Positions 13,081 to 23,693 of a stretch of 64,000 nt of DNA are shown one piece after another. The notes beneath the pieces were generated by a model, which was not told the origin of the DNA, searched no databases, and saw only the letters and a list, made by a program, of their open reading frames with translations. The translations under genes and the position numbers were made by a program. Each line of letters starts with the position of its first letter. Position 1 is the first letter of the stretch. Source of the DNA: Escherichia coli (lineage in GTDB: Bacteria > Pseudomonadota > Gammaproteobacteria > Enterobacterales > Enterobacteriaceae); NCBI RefSeq assembly GCF_001677475.2, contig NZ_CP015229.1. The stretch is one strand, 5' to 3'.

Positions 13081-14169
13081 ATGAATAACCGGGAAAAGGA
13101 GATCCTTGCAATTTTACGGCGTAACCCGCTGATTCAGCAGAACGAAATTGCGGACATGCTGCAAATCAGTCGTTCGCGCGTTGCGGCGCATATTATGGAT
13201 TTAATGCGTAAAGGGCGGATTAAAGGCAAAGGTTACATTCTCACTGAGCAGGAATACTGCGTAGTGGTGGGGACAATCAATATGGATATTCGCGGGATGG
13301 CGGATATCCGTTACCCGCAAGCGGCTTCTCATCCCGGAACAATTCATTGCTCGGCGGGCGGCGTTGGACGCAATATCGCCCACAATCTGGCGCTGTTAGG
13401 CCGCGACGTCCATTTGCTTTCAGTGATTGGCGATGACTTTTATGGCGAAATGCTCCTGGAAGAAACGCGCCGTGCCGGCGTGAATGTCTCCGGCTGCGTT
13501 CGTTTACATGGCCGAAGCACATCGACGTATCTGGCAATTGCCAATCGAGACGATGAAACCGTGCTGGCGATTAACGATACCCATCTGCTGGAACAGTTAT
13601 CGCCGCAATTATTGAACGGGTCGCGCGATTTACTTCGTCATGCGGGCGTGGTACTGGCTGATTGCAACCTGACAGCCGAGGCGCTGGAGTGGGTCTTTAC
13701 CCTCGCTGATGAAATCCCGGTGTTTGTCGATACCGTTTCAGAATTCAAAGCGGGCAAAATCAAACACTGGCTGGCGCATATTCACACCCTGAAACCCACT
13801 TTACCGGAGCTGGAAATTATATGGGGACAGGCGATCACCAGCGATGCTGACCGTAATGCCGCAGTGAATGCATTGCATCAGCAAGGTGTTCAGCATCTGT
13901 TTGTTTATTTGCCCGATGAGTCAGTTTATTGCAGCGAAAAGGATGGAGAACAATTTTTGCTGACCGCGCCAGCGCATACGACAGTAGACAGTTTTGGTGC
14001 TGACGATGGTTTTATGGCGGGCCTGGTATATAGCTTTCTGGAGGGAAACAATTTCCGTGACAGCGCCCGTTTTGCGATGGCCTGCGCGGCAATTTCACGC
14101 GCCAGCGGCAGCTTAAACAACCCTACCCTGTCTGCCGATAACGCGCTTTCATTAGTGCCAATGGTGTAA
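13081..14169 (+). CDS. yeiI: Putative sugar/nucleoside kinase with N-terminal HTH (PfkB family)
   Basis: 362-aa ORF with an N-terminal winged-HTH-like segment and then a ribokinase-fold body (GGVGRNIA...). It is a paralogue of psuK in this window. Confidence 0.9.
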   Translation: MNNREKEILAILRRNPLIQQNEIADMLQISRSRVAAHIMDLMRKGRIKGKGYILTEQEYCVVVGTINMDIRGMADIRYPQAASHPGTIHCSAGGVGRNIAHNLALLGRDVHLLSVIGDDFYGEMLLEETRRAGVNVSGCVRLHGRSTSTYLAIANRDDETVLAINDTHLLEQLSPQLLNGSRDLLRHAGVVLADCNLTAEALEWVFTLADEIPVFVDTVSEFKAGKIKHWLAHIHTLKPTLPELEIIWGQAITSDADRNAAVNALHQQGVQHLFVYLPDESVYCSEKDGEQFLLTAPAHTTVDSFGADDGFMAGLVYSFLEGNNFRDSARFAMACAAISRASGSLNNPTLSADNALSLVPMV

Positions 14170-14176
14170 CAATGTT

Positions 14177-14210
14177 GCCGGATTCGACGCTTGACCGCAT
14201 CTTATCCGGC
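14177..14210. repeat. REP (repetitive extragenic palindrome) element
   Basis: GCCGGATTCGACGCTTGACCGCATCTTATCCGGC has the typical GCCGGAT...ATCCGGC REP architecture between convergent yeiI and nupX. Confidence 0.7.
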
Positions 14211-14224
14211 TCATAAATCGCGCA

Positions 14225-15475
14225 CTACGCTAAGCCAATAAAGAATCCTGCAATGGTGGCACTCATCAGGTTAGAAAGTGTCGCCGCCGCCAGCGCGCGT
14301 AAACCAAGCTGGGCGATTTCCGGCGCACGGTGTGGCGCAACCGCAGAAAACGCCCCCACCACCACCCCGATAGAACCAAAGTTAGCGAAACCGCACAACG
14401 CGAAGGAAATAATCGCCACGGTTTTAGCATCCAGAGTGCAAGCCGTTTGCAGATAGGGTGAGAAATTGAGATAAGCGACAAATTCATTTATTGCCAGTTT
14501 CTGTCCAATCAAACTCCCGGCAAGATTCGCATCACTCCAGTCAACACCCATCACCCACGCTAGTGGGGCCAGCAGGTAACCTAAAATGGACTCCAGCGAG
14601 GCATGTTCAAAACCAAACCAGCCGCCAACGCCGCCGATAATACCGTTAATTAACGCAATGATAGCGACAAATGCCATCACCACTGTCGCCACACCTGCGG
14701 CGATTTTCAGCCCGGTCATTGCCCCTGTCGCAGCGGCTTCAATAATGCTTTTTGGCGGTGTTTCGGTGAAAGAGAGGTTATTAAAGGAAACCTGCGAAGA
14801 TTCCGTTGCCGGGCTTAACAGGCGGGCAAACAAGATCCCGCCGGGGATCGCCATTAACGATGCCGCCAGCAGATATTCCACAGGCACGCCCAGTGCGGCG
14901 TAACCAATCATTGTCGAACCAGCAATCGAGGCCATCCCGCTACAAATCGCTGTAAATAGTTCATTGCGATTCAGACGATCGATAAAGGGTTTGACGATTG
15001 CCGGAATTTCGTTTTGCCCGAGGAAAATGGTAGTGACCGCGACGAATGACTCAATCTTGCTGATATTTAATGCTTTCTGGAATATACCGCCGAGAATGCG
15101 AATTAAGATCCCCATCACACCGATGTAGTAGAGAATACTCACCAGTGCTGTAACGAAGATAATTGCCGGTAATACCCTGAAGCCAAAGATAAATCCTGCG
15201 CCATCAAATAAGGTGTCCATTTTCGGTCCGACCAGAGAACCGAAGATAAAAGCGCTACCTGCATCGCTGTACGCCATCACTTTATGCACGCCAAAAGCGA
15301 CTTTTTCAGCGACCCAACGCCCTGGAGGTAACCAAAGCATAATCCCGCCAATCACGACCTGTAATACCAGCGCCGCACCGACAGTACGCAGGCTGATCTT
15401 CTTCTTGTTTACTGACAGTAAAAATGCAATTGCCAGCAGTACCACCATTCCCAGAACACTTCTCATGACATCCAT
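14225..15475 (-). CDS. nupX: Concentrative nucleoside transporter (CNT/NupC family)
   Basis: 416-aa membrane ORF matching NupX (YeiJ). It is highly similar to the psuT product at 17412-18662. Confidence 0.93.
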   Translation of the reverse strand: MDVMRSVLGMVVLLAIAFLLSVNKKKISLRTVGAALVLQVVIGGIMLWLPPGRWVAEKVAFGVHKVMAYSDAGSAFIFGSLVGPKMDTLFDGAGFIFGFRVLPAIIFVTALVSILYYIGVMGILIRILGGIFQKALNISKIESFVAVTTIFLGQNEIPAIVKPFIDRLNRNELFTAICSGMASIAGSTMIGYAALGVPVEYLLAASLMAIPGGILFARLLSPATESSQVSFNNLSFTETPPKSIIEAAATGAMTGLKIAAGVATVVMAFVAIIALINGIIGGVGGWFGFEHASLESILGYLLAPLAWVMGVDWSDANLAGSLIGQKLAINEFVAYLNFSPYLQTACTLDAKTVAIISFALCGFANFGSIGVVVGAFSAVAPHRAPEIAQLGLRALAAATLSNLMSATIAGFFIGLA

Positions 15476-15574
15476 AGTTATTATCTCTTCATGTCATTTT
15501 GGGCGACGGCTTTCTGCCCATCAGAAATAGCCGGGCCTGCATCTTGCGATACTGACCCGGCTTGTTATCAACAC

Positions 15575-16516
15575 TTAATGGGTTTTGATATAGCCGCGCA
15601 CGCACTCTTCGACTAATCCCCAGAACCAGTCGGTATCAATAGTGATGCCGACTTTGGTATTAGCGGGCTTGCCAAGAACGCCCAGCTCGTCGCAGACAGT
15701 ACGCCCATAGCAAGGTCCACTGTTGACGTCCACTTCGACGTACATCTCCTGGGTTTTAATGCCATCAGGGTTAATCAGATAACCGATGCAGGTGGCGTCA
15801 TGCACCGGGCCGCCAGCCAGGCCGTAGTTTTCGAACTGGGTTTTGAGAGTGAAGTTCATGATGTCGCTGAACAGCTCTCCGGCAGGGCCGCCTGCCCTTT
15901 CCATTCGTGCAATCACGTCCGGGGTGCAAACGGTCTGGTTGGTGAGATCGAGGCCCATCATTACTAATGGAACGCCGGAGGTGAACACCACACGTGCCGC
16001 TTCCGGGTCAGCAAAGATGTTGAACTCGGCAGATGGGGTGAAGTTGCCAGTACCGTAAGCGCCGCCCATTAGCACTATTTCACGGATTTTCGGCAGGATT
16101 GCTGGTTGCATACGCATTGCCACCGCGATATTTGAAAGCGGACCAACCGGCACCAAAGTGATATCGCCATCGCTTGCCATCAGGGTATCAATGATATATT
16201 TCACCGCATGAGTGCTTTCTGCCTGGCGGGTCAGCGGCTCGAATACCGGGCCATCCAGTCCGGTTTCACCGTGAATATTATCGGCAACGATTTGTTGCCG
16301 CATAATGGGCTGTGGCATCCCCGCATAAACCGGAACATTAATCTCCAGTTTCTGGCAAACATTCAGACCATTAATTAATGTTTTATCGAGGGTTTGATTA
16401 CCCGCTACAATGGTGATACCTAATAAATCAATCGCCGGATGTTTCGCTGCCATCATCATTGCAATAGCATCATCATGACCCGGATCACAATCCAGAATAA
16501 TTTTTCTCTTTTCCAT
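15575..16516 (-). CDS. rihB: Pyrimidine-specific ribonucleoside hydrolase
   Basis: 313-aa ORF with the N-terminal DCDPGHDDA nucleoside-hydrolase motif. It matches RihB (YeiK). Confidence 0.95.
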   Translation of the reverse strand: MEKRKIILDCDPGHDDAIAMMMAAKHPAIDLLGITIVAGNQTLDKTLINGLNVCQKLEINVPVYAGMPQPIMRQQIVADNIHGETGLDGPVFEPLTRQAESTHAVKYIIDTLMASDGDITLVPVGPLSNIAVAMRMQPAILPKIREIVLMGGAYGTGNFTPSAEFNIFADPEAARVVFTSGVPLVMMGLDLTNQTVCTPDVIARMERAGGPAGELFSDIMNFTLKTQFENYGLAGGPVHDATCIGYLINPDGIKTQEMYVEVDVNSGPCYGRTVCDELGVLGKPANTKVGITIDTDWFWGLVEECVRGYIKTH

Positions 16517-16684
16517 TGTTTATTTCCTCTGTTTCCAGTTGCGTTATTTTTTCTACAGCAAAGAAAATTCGACCGGGCCGATGATTGAATCTTAACAACA
16601 GCGTACGTATGCTAAATATGAGAAATCTCATAGCGGATAAACATCGTGAAAGAAATCCACAATAATGATCTTAAGCAGCAATTG

Positions 16685-17344
16685 ATGAGTGAATCCGCGT
16701 TTAAGGATTGCTTTTCAACGGATATTTCAGCCGATACGCGGCTGTTTCATTTTTTAGCGCGTGACTACATTGTGCAGGAAGGGCAACAGCCATCCTGGCT
16801 GTTTTACTTGACGCGAGGCCGCGCCAGGCTTTACGCCACGCTTGCTAATGGTCGCGTGTCGCTGATCGATTTCTTTGCCGCGCCCTGTTTTATTGGCGAG
16901 ATTGAGTTAATCGATAAAGACCATGAACCGCGTGCGGTGCAGGCTATTGAAGAGTGTTGGTGTCTTGCGCTCCCTATGAAACATTACCGCCCGCTGTTAT
17001 TAAACGACACGCTATTTTTACGAAAACTCTGCGTCACCTTAAGTCATAAAAATTACCGTAATATTGTTTCTTTAACTCAGAATCAATCATTTCCGTTAGT
17101 GAATCGCCTGGCAGCTTTTATATTACTCTCGCAGGAGGGTGATCTTTATCACGAAAAACATACCCAGGCAGCAGAGTATTTAGGTGTTACTTATCGTCAC
17201 TTGCTATATGTGATCGCTCAACTCATTCACGACGGTTTATTAATTAAAAGTAAGAAAGGGTATTTAATTAAAAACAGAAAGCAGTTGTCAGGACTGGCGC
17301 TGGAGATGGACCCGGAGAATAAATTCTCCGGGATGATGCAGTAA
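16685..17344 (+). CDS. yeiL: CRP/FNR-family regulator YeiL
   Basis: The ORF-track protein matches YeiL. I chose the [10 protein letters not shown] start (219 aa), 13 codons inside the GTG-initiated longest ORF (16646). Confidence 0.88.
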   Translation: MSESAFKDCFSTDISADTRLFHFLARDYIVQEGQQPSWLFYLTRGRARLYATLANGRVSLIDFFAAPCFIGEIELIDKDHEPRAVQAIEECWCLALPMKHYRPLLLNDTLFLRKLCVTLSHKNYRNIVSLTQNQSFPLVNRLAAFILLSQEGDLYHEKHTQAAEYLGVTYRHLLYVIAQLIHDGLLIKSKKGYLIKNRKQLSGLALEMDPENKFSGMMQ

Positions 17345-17367
17345 AAAATAATCTGCAATAGCGCGAT

Positions 17368-17405
17368 TGCCGGATGCAACGCTTAATAAGGCGTACATCC
17401 GGCAA
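17368..17405. repeat. REP element
   Basis: TGCCGGATGCAACGCTTAATAAGGCGTACATCCGGCA is an imperfect palindrome of REP type between convergent yeiL and psuT. Confidence 0.7.
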
Positions 17406-17411
17406 TGAAAC

Positions 17412-18662
17412 TCAAGCTAAACCAATAAAGAACCCGGCGATGGTCGCGCTCATCAGGTTGGAAAGCGTTGCTGCTGCCAGCGCCCGTAAACCAAGCTGGG
17501 CGATTTCCGGCGCGCGTTTTGGCGAAATAGCCGAAAATGCGCCAACGACAACACCGATAGAACCAAAGTTAGCAAAACCACAAAGCGCAAAGGAGATAAT
17601 CGCCACGGTTTTCACTTCCAGCGTGCCGCCCGTTTGCAGGTATGGGGAGAAACTCAGGTAAGCGACGAATTCGTTAATCGCCAGTTTCTGCCCAATCAGG
17701 CTACCCGCAAGGTTGGCATCACTCCAGTCCACGCCCATAATCCACGCCAGCGGTGCCAGCACATAGCCAAAAATACTTTCCAGAGAGGCATTGGCGAAAC
17801 CAAACCAGCCGCCAATTCCGCCGATAATGCCGTTGATCAGCGCAATAATTGCGACAAACGCCATTACCACCGTCGCCACACCGGCGGCGATTTTCAACCC
17901 GGTCATCGCACCGCTCGCCGCTGCTTCGATAAAGCTTTTTGGCGGCGTTTCGCTGAACGACAGATTTTCAAATGTCACCTGCGAAGGCTCGGTTGCCGGG
18001 CTAAGAATACGTGCAAACAAAATACCGCCAGGGATCGCCATCAGCGATGCCGCTAACAGGTAGTCAATTGGTACGCCCATTCCGGCATAACCAATCATCA
18101 TCGAACCAGCAATGGACGCCATCCCGCTACAAATTGCGGTAAACAACTCGTTGCGATTCATACGTTCGATAAACGGTTTAACGATCGCAGGGATCTCATT
18201 TTGCCCGAGGAAAATAGTAGTAACCGCAACAAAAGATTCGATTTTGCTGATGTTGAGGGCTTTCTGGAAAATGCTGCCAAGGATGCGAATCAGCAGCCCC
18301 ATCACGCCAATGTAGTACAGCAGACTGATGAGCGCAGTAACGAAAATAATCGCCGGAAGTACGCGAAAGGCGAAGATAAAACCCGCACCGTCAAACAGGA
18401 CATCCATTTTCGGCCCAACCAGCGAACCAAAAATGAAGGCGCTACCGGCATCACTGTAAGACATCACTTTATGAACGCCTAATGCCGCCTGTTCTACTGC
18501 CCATTTTCCCGGTGGGAAGTAGAGCATGATGCCACCAATAGCGATTTGCAGCAGCAGTGCGGCTCCAACCGTGCGCAAACTGATGCCCTTTTTATTCACT
18601 GACAACAGAAATGCTATTGCCAGTAACACCACCATCCCCACAACACTTCTCATTATATCCAT
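17412..18662 (-). CDS. psuT: Putative pseudouridine/nucleoside transporter (CNT family)
   Basis: 416-aa ORF, a paralogue of nupX, heading the psuT/psuG/psuK cluster. It matches YeiM. Confidence 0.93.
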   Translation of the reverse strand: MDIMRSVVGMVVLLAIAFLLSVNKKGISLRTVGAALLLQIAIGGIMLYFPPGKWAVEQAALGVHKVMSYSDAGSAFIFGSLVGPKMDVLFDGAGFIFAFRVLPAIIFVTALISLLYYIGVMGLLIRILGSIFQKALNISKIESFVAVTTIFLGQNEIPAIVKPFIERMNRNELFTAICSGMASIAGSMMIGYAGMGVPIDYLLAASLMAIPGGILFARILSPATEPSQVTFENLSFSETPPKSFIEAAASGAMTGLKIAAGVATVVMAFVAIIALINGIIGGIGGWFGFANASLESIFGYVLAPLAWIMGVDWSDANLAGSLIGQKLAINEFVAYLSFSPYLQTGGTLEVKTVAIISFALCGFANFGSIGVVVGAFSAISPKRAPEIAQLGLRALAAATLSNLMSATIAGFFIGLA

Positions 18663-18755
18663 AATGATTTTCCCTTCATGCCAGTAAACCCGGCGGCAGC
18701 GCCAGGTTTTGGTATGTTTGATGAGTACGGGCGACGGCTTTCTGCCCGTCAGAAA

Positions 18756-19694
18756 TTAACCCGCGAGACGCTGGTATTCTTTGGCAATTTCACTCGCCAG
18801 AATGGCGTTGTTGAACACCAGTTGGATGTTGGATTTCAGGCTGTCACCGCCGGTCAGTTCAGCAACGCGCGCCAGCAGGAATGGCGTACTTTCTTTACCA
18901 ATAACACCCTGCGCTTCAGCTTCAGCTACCGCCTGATCGATCGCCGCATTGATAGTGTGTTCCGGCATAGCAAACTGTTCCGGGATCGGGTTCGCTACCA
19001 CGAGGCCACCGTTCAGCCCGCTTTGCCATTTCACCGCCATTGCACGGGCAATTTCGCTGGCGCTGTCGAGACGAATGCTGACGTCAAACGGGCTGGTGCG
19101 GCAGAAAAACGCAGGCAGCGCTTTTGTCTGATAGCCAATTAACGGCACACCAAAGGTTTCTAAATACTCAGTGGTTAATCCTAAATCGAGAATAGATTTC
19201 GCCCCGGCACAAACAACGGTGACATTAGTATTTGCCAGTTCTTGCAAATCGGCAGAAATATCGAAGGTATGTTCCGCCCCGCGATGCACACCACCAATTC
19301 CCCCGGTGGCAAATACTTTAATTCCGGCAAGCGCCGCAATAATCATCGTTGAAGCCACAGTGGTTGCGCCATTTTTTCCGGCGGCAACAACAAAAGGTAA
19401 ATCGCGACGACTAACTTTGGTCACGTTATGCCCTTCACGACCCAGTAATTCAATTTCTTCTTTGCTTAAACCCACTTTCATCACGCCGCCAATAATGGCG
19501 ATAGTGGCAGGTACTGCGCCCTGTTTACGAATAGTTTCTTCTACTTCAATTGCGGTCTTGGCATTTTGTGGGAACGGCATCCCGTGAGAAATAATGGTTG
19601 ATTCCAGCGCCACAACCGGTTTTTTGTTTTTTAAAGCGTCCTGCACTTCCGGGGAAATTTGTAATAATTCAGGGGAAATTTTTAATTCAGACAT
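18756..19694 (-). CDS. psuG: Pseudouridine-5'-phosphate glycosidase
   Basis: 312-aa ORF matching PsuG (YeiN). It overlaps the psuK 3' end by 13 nt. Confidence 0.95.
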   Translation of the reverse strand: MSELKISPELLQISPEVQDALKNKKPVVALESTIISHGMPFPQNAKTAIEVEETIRKQGAVPATIAIIGGVMKVGLSKEEIELLGREGHNVTKVSRRDLPFVVAAGKNGATTVASTMIIAALAGIKVFATGGIGGVHRGAEHTFDISADLQELANTNVTVVCAGAKSILDLGLTTEYLETFGVPLIGYQTKALPAFFCRTSPFDVSIRLDSASEIARAMAVKWQSGLNGGLVVANPIPEQFAMPEHTINAAIDQAVAEAEAQGVIGKESTPFLLARVAELTGGDSLKSNIQLVFNNAILASEIAKEYQRLAG

Positions 19695-20623
19695 TCTGCG
19701 TTCTCCACTAACGATATAACGTTGGCAATCGATAAATCGGGGTTATTGGTGTATTCACAGGAGAGCGCCATTGACGAACATCCCTGTGCGAAACGAACAG
19801 ATTCGGCAAACGGCATTCCGTCTACCCAACACGAAGCAAGTCCCGCCATCATGGCATCGCCCGCTCCGGTAACATTAATAACATTGGTTTTGATCGGGGC
19901 AGACCAGCCACTTTCACCGCTGATATCACTGTAATAAACGCCATCGCCGCCCATGCTCAATACCAGTCGGTTCAGGCCATGTTGATGGAACCAGGCAGCA
20001 ACTTTTGCCACATCTTCACGCCCTGACAGCGCAATCCCACTCAGGGTTTCCGCTTCAAGGCGGTTTGGCTTCAGAGTGTGGATCTGATTTAGACGGTCGC
20101 GCACTTTGACACATTTCCACGCTGAAACCGGATCGACAAATACGGGTACGTTGGCGGCATTATCCAGAATCCATGCCAGTGCCTCTTCACTGATATTACA
20201 GTCCGCGACAATGACCTTTGCCCTCTGAATAAATTCACGGTGCTGTGCGAGATATTCAGCTGTAATAGCGTTGCTAATATTCATGTCATTTATAGCAACC
20301 AGCATTTCACCGGTATTATCGAGTAATGATAAATAACTCGACGTATTTTCTCCCGGCACAATCAGGCATTTATCGACATAAACGCCAGATTGATTGGTTT
20401 GCGTTAGCAGCGATTGACCATAAAAATCACTGCCTACGGCGCTCAGTAGCCAGGCTTTGTTACCCAGCAACGCCAGGTTTTGTGCAATATTGCGCCCTAC
20501 TCCACCAGGCGTAAATTTTATTTTACCTGGATTTGAATCCGCATAATTTAATGATTCATGTGAATATCCGGCGACATCAATATTCGCCGAACCTATAATT
20601 ACGACATAATCCTTTTCGCGCAT
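19682..20623 (-). CDS. psuK: Pseudouridine kinase (PfkB family)
   Basis: 313-aa ORF with the GGVGRNIA and GAGD ribokinase-family motifs. It matches PsuK (YeiC). Confidence 0.95.
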   Translation of the reverse strand: MREKDYVVIIGSANIDVAGYSHESLNYADSNPGKIKFTPGGVGRNIAQNLALLGNKAWLLSAVGSDFYGQSLLTQTNQSGVYVDKCLIVPGENTSSYLSLLDNTGEMLVAINDMNISNAITAEYLAQHREFIQRAKVIVADCNISEEALAWILDNAANVPVFVDPVSAWKCVKVRDRLNQIHTLKPNRLEAETLSGIALSGREDVAKVAAWFHQHGLNRLVLSMGGDGVYYSDISGESGWSAPIKTNVINVTGAGDAMMAGLASCWVDGMPFAESVRFAQGCSSMALSCEYTNNPDLSIANVISLVENAECLN

Positions 20624-20690
20624 AGCACGTCCTCTGGTAAAAAATTACCAACCCTGTCAATCCACAAGAATATAGATACTGCAAAGACGG

Positions 20691-20726
20691 TTTAAACATG
20701 TGTTCATATTTAAACATGTGCTCATA
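20691..20726. repeat. Tandem 18-bp direct repeat in the psuK upstream region
   Basis: TTTAAACATGTGTTCATA is immediately followed by TTTAAACATGTGCTCATA (17/18 identical), 68-103 bp upstream of the psuK ATG. Confidence 0.8.
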
Positions 20727-21046
20727 GTATGCATGTTTTACGTAAAGTAAATTACCGCCAGAGAGGCAAAATGGGCAGATTTGAGCAGGCTCACAAAATG
20801 CGATTAAATGCCTGAATTACAAAAGCGAGGAATTTGTGACGGGATGCACAGAACATGAACACTAAAAAAGGGCAGAAAATAATCTGCCCTTGAGGAAATA
20901 ACCTTAGTGTTTGATGAACGTTTCAGGTTTCTACTGAAAGATAAAACCATTTAAATTCATAAAATTACATTCACAAACCGGTCATTCTCTTTGCGCTCAT
21001 CCAATGATACAGGGCAGGAAATTTCTGCCCTGTAACACACCTTTTA

Positions 21047-22738
21047 TTACGCTGCTTTCGCTACTGCGTCCACTTCCGGACGTTTCAGGAAGGCATAGGC
21101 CAAACCCGCCACCAGCGTACCGGCAATAATTGCTACCAGGTAACCCAGTACCGGCGTAATGGCGCCTGGGATCAGCAGAACAAACAGACCACCGTGTGGT
21201 GCCATCAGTTTCGCACCAATCGCCATTGAGATTGCACCAGTCAGCGCCCCACCCACGATACAGCACGGCAGCACTCGCATCGGATCACGGGCGGCAAACG
21301 GAATTGCACCTTCCGAAATAAAGCACAGACCAAGAACCAGAGCGGCTTTGCCACCTTCCTGCTGCGCTTTGTCGAATTTGCGACGCGCCACCATTGTTGC
21401 CAGGCCCATTGCCAGCGGTGGCACCATACCTGCCGCCATAATCGCCGCCATCGGGCCATAGGTTTGAGTACTCAGCAGACCCACACCGAACGCGTACGCT
21501 GCTTTGTTTACCGGACCGCCCATGTCAGTACACATCATGCCACCGAGGATCGCCCCCAGCAGAACCGCATTCGCAGTCCCCATGGTCTGCAGCCAGTGAG
21601 TCAACCCTTCGAGAATGCCAGCAACCGGTTTACCGATCAGGTAGATCATCGCCAGACCGACCACCAGACTGGAAATTAGCGGAATGATCAGGATCGGTTT
21701 CAGCGCCTCCATACTCTGTGGCAGTTTCAGTTGCGTACTGATTAACTTCGCAATGTAACCAGCCAGGAAGCCCGCAATAATACCGCCAATGAAGCCAGAA
21801 CCGGTGCTGACAGCCAGCATACCGCCAATCAGACCCGGCGTGAGGCCCGGACGATCGGCAATGGAGAAGGCAATATAACCTGCCAGTACCGGCACCATCA
21901 GCGCAAAGGCTGAACCACCACCAATCTGCATCAGCGCCGCTGCCAACGTACCCGGCTCTTTAAACGCTTCGATACCAAAAGCAAAAGAAAGCGCGATACA
22001 CAGACCACCTGCAACGACCATCGGCAGCATGTAAGAAACGCCCGTCAGCAAGTGACGGTAAGCGCCCGCACTCTCTTTCTTACCTTCAGTAGTCGCCGTT
22101 TGAGCTTTGCCCGCCGGTTCATACGGCGTTGCTTCAGCAACCGCTTTATCCAGTTCCTGCGCGGTTTTCTTCAGCGCCAGACCGGTAGAGGTGCGATACA
22201 TCGGTTTACCAGCAAATTTCGCCAGATCCACTTCAATATCTGCCGCCACAATCACCAGATCCGCTGCGGCTACTTCTTCGGGAGTGATTGCATTACCCGC
22301 GCCAACAGAACCACGGGTTTCAACTTTCACCCACCAGCCACGTTTTTTCGCTTCGGTTTCAATGGCTTCAGCCGCCATAAAGGTGTGTGCTACGCCAGTC
22401 GGGCAAGCAGTCACCGCAACTACGCGTTTCGGACCGCTGGCGGCAACCGGTGCTGTCGCAGCGACCGGCGCAGTGTAAGGTTTCGCATGGCCTTTGGCTT
22501 CACTCAGGAACAGCTCAGGGTGCGCAACTGCCCGGGAAATATCGCCCAGCCAGACATTTTTACCGTTCAGCGCGCTGTCGTTCGGGATGGAGTCACCGAG
22601 AACAATCGCCATTTCAGCGTCGTTCGGATTGTCGATGATTTCCAGTTTTGCTTTTCGCGCCGCCGCGCCCAGCAGGGTCTTCGCCATATAGGCGCGTGCC
22701 TGACCGAGATTAGCGTCAATAATCAGCAGCGTTTTCAT
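21047..22738 (-). CDS. fruA: PTS fructose-specific EIIB'BC component
   Basis: 563-aa ORF matching FruA, the last gene of fruBKA. Confidence 0.97.
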   Translation of the reverse strand: MKTLLIIDANLGQARAYMAKTLLGAAARKAKLEIIDNPNDAEMAIVLGDSIPNDSALNGKNVWLGDISRAVAHPELFLSEAKGHAKPYTAPVAATAPVAASGPKRVVAVTACPTGVAHTFMAAEAIETEAKKRGWWVKVETRGSVGAGNAITPEEVAAADLVIVAADIEVDLAKFAGKPMYRTSTGLALKKTAQELDKAVAEATPYEPAGKAQTATTEGKKESAGAYRHLLTGVSYMLPMVVAGGLCIALSFAFGIEAFKEPGTLAAALMQIGGGSAFALMVPVLAGYIAFSIADRPGLTPGLIGGMLAVSTGSGFIGGIIAGFLAGYIAKLISTQLKLPQSMEALKPILIIPLISSLVVGLAMIYLIGKPVAGILEGLTHWLQTMGTANAVLLGAILGGMMCTDMGGPVNKAAYAFGVGLLSTQTYGPMAAIMAAGMVPPLAMGLATMVARRKFDKAQQEGGKAALVLGLCFISEGAIPFAARDPMRVLPCCIVGGALTGAISMAIGAKLMAPHGGLFVLLIPGAITPVLGYLVAIIAGTLVAGLAYAFLKRPEVDAVAKAA

Positions 22739-22754
22739 TATGCCTCTCCTGCTG

Positions 22755-23693
22755 TCAGTTAAAAGGTTGTAAGTCGACGCGCGCCATCATTGCGGCCAAC
22801 TGCGGACGATCGGTAATACCCACATTGCTTTGACTTACCGCCAGGGCTGCAACAGCTGTCGCCAGACGCAGTGTGTGTTCACTGGATTCACGCATCAGCA
22901 AGCCATAAATCAGGCCACCAACCATAGAATCCCCTGCGCCAACGGTGCTTACGACATCGACTGACGGTGGTTTGGCGATCCATTCGCCGGAGGCATTAAC
23001 CCAAAGCGCGCCTTCGGCACCCAGTGAAATAACGACATGCGCGATACCTTGTTCACGCAGCGCATGCGCAGCTTCAATCACATCTTTCATTTCAGGCAGT
23101 TTACGGCCCGCCCAGATTTCCAGCTCGCGGCGGTTAGGTTTCACCAGCCACGGTGCCGCTTTCAAACCTGCCACTAACGCTTCACGGCTACTATCAAAGA
23201 TAATGCAAGGACACTGACTACGCAGGCGAGTCATCCAGTCGGTGAACGCTTCCGGGCTGACGCCTGACGGTAAGCTTCCGCTGACACAGACCATATCGAA
23301 CTGACCGAGCCAGCTCAGAGAATCAGTCACAAAGCGTTCCCAGTCAGCGGGGGTGACTTCAAAACCCGAGAAGTTGAAGTCGGTCACTTCGCCGTCTTTT
23401 TCCGTCAGCTTAACGTTAATTCGGGTGCGCCCCTGTACAACCTGGAAACGGTTGGCAATGCCCAGCTCGCTGAACAGTTGCTGAAAACCATCCTGATTGT
23501 CTTTACCGAGGAAGCCGCCAACGGTGACATCAATTCCCAGGTCTTTTAATACTTTGGCCACGTTGATGCCTTTACCCGCCGCATGCAGACCGGTGGTTTT
23601 CACCAGGTTCACTTCGCCGCGTTCAATTTCCGGGCAGAAACCAACAAGGTCATAAGCCGGATTAAGGGTAATCGTAGCAACACGTCTGCTCAT
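22755..23693 (-). CDS. fruK: 1-phosphofructokinase
   Basis: 312-aa PfkB-family ORF matching FruK. Confidence 0.97.
   Translation of the reverse strand: MSRRVATITLNPAYDLVGFCPEIERGEVNLVKTTGLHAAGKGINVAKVLKDLGIDVTVGGFLGKDNQDGFQQLFSELGIANRFQVVQGRTRINVKLTEKDGEVTDFNFSGFEVTPADWERFVTDSLSWLGQFDMVCVSGSLPSGVSPEAFTDWMTRLRSQCPCIIFDSSREALVAGLKAAPWLVKPNRRELEIWAGRKLPEMKDVIEAAHALREQGIAHVVISLGAEGALWVNASGEWIAKPPSVDVVSTVGAGDSMVGGLIYGLLMRESSEHTLRLATAVAALAVSQSNVGITDRPQLAAMMARVDLQPFN

Noticed and set aside
14225-18662. Two 416-aa CNT transporters (nupX, psuT) with very similar sequence, which looked like a possible recent duplication or mobile cassette
   Set aside because: They are known conserved paralogues in E. 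coli nucleoside-salvage clusters. They have no flanking repeats or recombinase, and REP elements account for the palindromes next to them.
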